In this document: positions 58,722 through 64,000 of the stretch, piece by piece
Numbering within the stretch: the first letter of the stretch is position 1
Layout: every line of letters starts with the position of its first letter
Origin: an uncultured Clostridia bacterium
Lineage (GTDB): Bacteria > Bacillota > Clostridia > TANB77 > CAG-508
Length of the DNA stretch: 64,000 nucleotides
Direction of reading: 5' to 3'
Assembly (NCBI GenBank): GCA_944390975.1
Contig: CALXRX010000004.1
Coordinates: 23,503 to 87,502, forward strand
The notes under the pieces: generated by a model
What the model saw: only the letters and a program-made list of their open reading frames with translations
Database searches by the model: none
Told to the model about the DNA's origin: nothing
Made by a program: the position numbers and the translations under genes

Positions 58722-58859
58722 ATGCCAGAAAACAGAGGTTGTGGTTGCGGATGCGGCTTTGGTGGAGACAATTGTATTTGGATCATCATTGTTATTTTAA
58801 TAATTTGCTGTTGTTGTGGTGGCAACGGATTCGGCGGAAACTGCGGTGGATGTTGCTAA
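58722..58859 (+). CDS. 45-aa Cys/Gly-rich tiny membrane peptide, YjcZ-family-like
   Basis: MPENRGCGCGCGFGGDNCIWIIIVILIICCCCGGNGFGGNCGGCC. SD AAAGGGGGG is present. Gly/Cys flanks surround one TM, as in the tiny_TM/YjcZ sporulation peptides. Confidence 0.55.
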   Translation: MPENRGCGCGCGFGGDNCIWIIIVILIICCCCGGNGFGGNCGGCC

Positions 58860-58893
58860 TTTTATAAAAGCGTAAATTATTACACCATATACA

Positions 58894-58929
58894 AAAAATA
58901 GCGGCGAAATAAATTCGTCGCTATTTTTT
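58894..58929. terminator. bidirectional intrinsic terminator
   Basis: AAAAAATAGCGGCGAA-ATAAA-TTCGTCGCTATTTTTT, with an 11-bp stem (one G-U pair) flanked by A6 and T6. Confidence 0.75.
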
Positions 58930-58947
58930 ATTGTTTTTATTGAAGTT

Positions 58948-60634
58948 CTACTCAATTACAAGCACTGGGCGGTAGCCAACAAATAAAACAGAAAATCCAC
59001 TACTGACATCAAATCCAAATACTCCAGTAGAAGACGTATTGTCCCATCCTAGTCCACGTACAAAAAATGGACAGTCCAAATTCACGAAATAAGAGTAGTC
59101 ACCGTTCCATGAGCAACTGTTATTGCTTCCACTATCCGATGTCTCCCATATTGCCTCTCCTTTTCTATTTATATTTCCTTCATTAGAATAATTTGCTTCA
59201 CTTGTTTCAGATATACCCTCATATTTACTTTTATATTGATTACTTTCTCCTTTTAGACTTCCACCATATACTTGATACTTTTCTGAGTCTGGTGTTATAT
59301 ATCCTGCCGTCCATTCCACTGCACCTCCACTCAAGTCATATATTCCATATACATTTCCTGTACTACTTGCTTTTTGTCCCTGTGCTGTTGTCCAACTTCC
59401 TGCTACTTGATTATTTTTTATCGCTGTTAAGTTCGTTACTAATTGGCTTGCACTAACACTTTCTCCTCCATATCCTGTTACTGCACATACTGTATTTTCT
59501 CCATTTACTGTTATGTTATTTATTGTTACTTCTTGTCCATTTCTTCCATATTTACTGTGTGTTAAATATGCTACTGCTCCCCATTCACTATTTTTTGTTA
59601 AATGGCTATCTACTTTGTTTCCATTTAATTTGTATGGTGCATTCGTACTTGTTAAATCTTTGCATAAATCATAACTATCGCTTATTCCTATATAGTTCAT
59701 ACTTGGCTTACTTGCTGTAAATGTTGGATATTTTATTTTTGTTCCTTGCTGTATTTCTCCATAATAATTATTTTGTATATCTCCTGTGTTAGTTCCATAA
59801 TAACCGTAGGTTACACTATATCCTACATTTGAATCTATTGCTTTATCTGCTTCTTGATATCCTGCTTCAAATTTTGCTACCCATATTCCTTCTATCTTTT
59901 TATTCCATTCTCCATTTGGGTATCCTGTGCTACTTCCATCTTCGAATGCTGGGTGTACTATATATGCTCCTGTTGCTCCTTTTTCATCTACGTAACTCGC
60001 TTTGGTTACATCTTTTCCATCTTTGTCTAAATTGCTTGTTCCTTGCAAGAATACTACGTCTATTGTTCCTCCTTGCGATTTATCACTTGCGTCGTTGTAT
60101 GTTATTTTATATGCGTATCTTGGTATCCATACCCACATACTTCCATCTGCGGTTTTCGCGTTTGCCCAGTTATTTTCTACTCCGTCATAACTATACCAAT
60201 TTTCTGTTTTACTATTTGGTGTATATGTTGTTCCATCTGCATTTATTATAACTGGTTGCAATCCTGTATTTTCTAAGTTCGGTTTATTTACTTTATTTGC
60301 ACTACTCCAACTTCCATCTAATGCTATTTCTTTTTCATCTTCCTCTTCTCCTGTATTTCCGCCCACTTAACATATTATCCAACACATTTGTAAAGTTTGC
60401 TATTTGTGCAAGTTCTCTATCTTGGGCTTCCATATAGTTCTTTACTGCATTTTTCGCTGCTTTAAATATTCCATTTTCTCCTATGGTTAAGTTTATTGTT
60501 ACTCCTGCAAGTATTAGCAAGATGATGATTGTGATTATTAAAGCTATTAATGTGATTCCTATCTCGTTTTTTGATTTTAATTTATTTTTACTGCTTTTCT
60601 CTTTTTTCCTTATCACTTGGCCTTTCCTCCTCAT
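58948..60634 (-). pseudogene. prepilin-leader-type + FGE/SUMF1-like-fold protein, split by a 1-nt frameshift
   Basis: The 5' ORF (60335-60634) encodes ..KNEIG/ITLIALIITIIILLILAGV..GENGIF. The 3' ORF (58948-60366) has no SD and starts directly after a stop. Removing one G of the GGG run (complement of 60362-60364) fuses them as ..NMLSGGNTGEEEDE... Confidence 0.6.
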
Positions 60635-60805
60635 TCTCTTTTGTGATTTTATTTTTTACTTTTAACTATTTTTTATACATTTTAGCTTCATTTGCTTGAC
60701 TACTAGGAATTTTATTTAACAGAATTTAAACTCTTTTTCTATTTTATGATACTATTTTATATTTACTAATATTACTTTGTCAATACTTTTATTTATTTTT
60801 CTGTA

Positions 60806-60859
60806 CTACAAAAAACTAGCCATCATTCTCATTCAACTTGAGAATAAATGACTAGTTTT
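60806..60859 (-). terminator. groEL intrinsic terminator
   Basis: Long imperfect hairpin at 60812-60859 (AAAACTAG../..CTAGTTTT with inner ATTCTC/GAGAAT). On the minus strand it is followed by TTTTT. Confidence 0.65.
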
Positions 60860-60881
60860 ATAATAAATTTACGTATTTTTT

Positions 60882-62547
<1,666 letters not shown>

Positions 62548-62567
62548 TGATTTTTAATTTTATAATA

Positions 62568-62852
<285 letters not shown>

Positions 62853-62900
62853 TTATATTACCTCCTTATATTTTTGGAATGTTAAATAACTAGTTTGTTA

Positions 62901-62927
62901 TTAGCACTCTTTTTGTTTGACTGCTAA
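62901..62927 (-). promoter_or_regulatory. CIRCE operator (HrcA binding site) of groESL
   Basis: TTAGCACTC-N9-GACTGCTAA differs by one mismatch from the consensus TTAGCACTC-N9-GAGTGCTAA. It lies just downstream of a minus-strand TTGACA (62957-62952) promoter. Confidence 0.88.
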
Positions 62928-63057
62928 TAATTTATACCTTTTGTTATCAAATGTCAATAGATTTCCTTTAAATTCACATAGATTTCACAAAAAATGTACA
63001 GATATTTTTTCTATCTGTACATTCTTTATATTTTATTCATTTATTTCTTTAATAGAA

Positions 63058-64000
63058 CTATATTTTAGCATTTGCTATTGCTGCTTCTACTAATGCTTTA
63101 AATAATGGTGCTGGACGATTTGGTCTTGATTTAAATTCTGGATGAAATTGCCCTGCTATGAAAAATGGATGATTTGGTATTTCCACTATTTCTACTAGCC
63201 TTCCATTTGGTGATGTTCCAGAACATAGCATACCAGCTTTTTCAAGTTGTTCTTTATATTCATTATTAAATTCAAACCTATGTCTATGTCTTTCTGAAAT
63301 TTCTGTTGTACCATATATTTTTTCTGCAAGAGTTCCTTGTTTTATGATGCATGGGTATGCTCCTAATCGCATTGTACCACCTTTATTATTTATTCCAATT
63401 TGTTCATCCATAATATGAATTACTGGGTTTTTACAGTTTTCCTCAAATTCAGCTGAATTAACATCTTCTAGTTTTAATACATCTCTTGCAAATTCTACTA
63501 CAGCCATTTGCATTCCTAAGCAGATTCCTAAAAATGGGATTTTATTTTCTCTTGCATATTTTATTGTTTGTATTTTTCCTTCTATTCCTCTATTTCCAAA
63601 TCCCCCTGGTACTACTATTCCATTTAAGCCATTTAATATTTTGTCTGCATTTTTATCTGTAATTGTTTCAGAATCAATAAATTTTATTTCTACTTTTACA
63701 TGGTTTGCAAATCCTCCATGTTGTATACTTTCTGCAACAGAAAGGTATGAATCTTCTAACCTAACATATTTTCCAACAATACCTATTTGAACTTTTTTAT
63801 CATCTCTTTTTCTTATATCTGCAATCATTTTTTCCCATTCTGAATTATCTACTTCTAACTTATCTAAATGTAGGTGTTTACATACCTCTATTGCTAATCC
63901 CTGTTCTTCTAACATTAATGGCACAGCATAAAGGCAATCTGCTGTTTTATTTTGTATAACGCTTTCTTTCCTTACATTACAAAACATTGCTAGTTTATTC
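63058..64000 (-). CDS. pyrG: CTP synthase, C-terminal glutamine amidotransferase half (5' part outside window)
   Basis: The GATase motif GICLGMQ and HRHRFEFN..GQFHPEF. The reading frame stays open to the window edge. Confidence 0.92.
   Translation of the reverse strand, partial: NKLAMFCNVRKESVIQNKTADCLYAVPLMLEEQGLAIEVCKHLHLDKLEVDNSEWEKMIADIRKRDDKKVQIGIVGKYVRLEDSYLSVAESIQHGGFANHVKVEIKFIDSETITDKNADKILNGLNGIVVPGGFGNRGIEGKIQTIKYARENKIPFLGICLGMQMAVVEFARDVLKLEDVNSAEFEENCKNPVIHIMDEQIGINNKGGTMRLGAYPCIIKQGTLAEKIYGTTEISERHRHRFEFNNEYKEQLEKAGMLCSGTSPNGRLVEIVEIPNHPFFIAGQFHPEFKSRPNRPAPLFKALVEAAIANAKI

Noticed and set aside
58948-60634. Treating 60335-60634 and 58948-60366 as two genuine overlapping genes.
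   Set aside because: The downstream ORF has no SD and begins right after an in-frame stop. A single-G deletion restores one ORF with the same architecture as the paralogue at 37946-39361. It is therefore called a frameshifted gene.

Overview
This is an AT-rich chromosomal segment (about 25-30% GC by eye, not computed) from a spore-forming low-GC Firmicute, most likely class Clostridia. The markers are spo0A, sepF-divIVA, gatCAB, disA-radA and groES-groEL with a CIRCE operator. The window is densely coding, and almost all genes are on the minus strand.

Most of it is core housekeeping:
- pth (partial), trmB, spo0A, ispH, uvrC, hpt, queA, pflBA, rpsT
- gatCAB, disA, radA, ftsK, rsmD, divIVA, sepF, miaA, mutL, groESL, pyrG (partial)

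I found no rRNA, tRNA, CRISPR array, transposase, integrase or prophage genes.

Spots that look accessory or unusual:
1. An islet of about 1.8 kb wedged between an MFS transporter gene and spo0A. It holds a stand-alone gene with a PUA/EVE-like N-terminus and a DUF3883-type PD-(D/E)xK C-terminus. Next to it, a consensus-promoter small RNA converges on a 40-codon hydrophobic peptide gene whose SD is sequestered, which is the layout of a type I toxin-antitoxin locus.
2. A sortase-fold gene that has lost both the catalytic His and Cys. It sits next to a surface protein with no sorting signal.
3. A transcript of about 125 nt with four hairpins, its own promoter and terminator, between hpt and uvrC.
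4. Two tandem unannotated tiny Cys/Gly-rich membrane peptides (YjcZ-like) downstream of mutL.
5. Two prepilin-leader proteins with no pilus machinery nearby, one fused to LamG and one to an FGE-like domain. The second is split by a 1-nt frameshift in a G-run.
6. A polysaccharide pyruvylation cluster at the left end.

All functional calls rest on motif recognition by eye. No database search was run.
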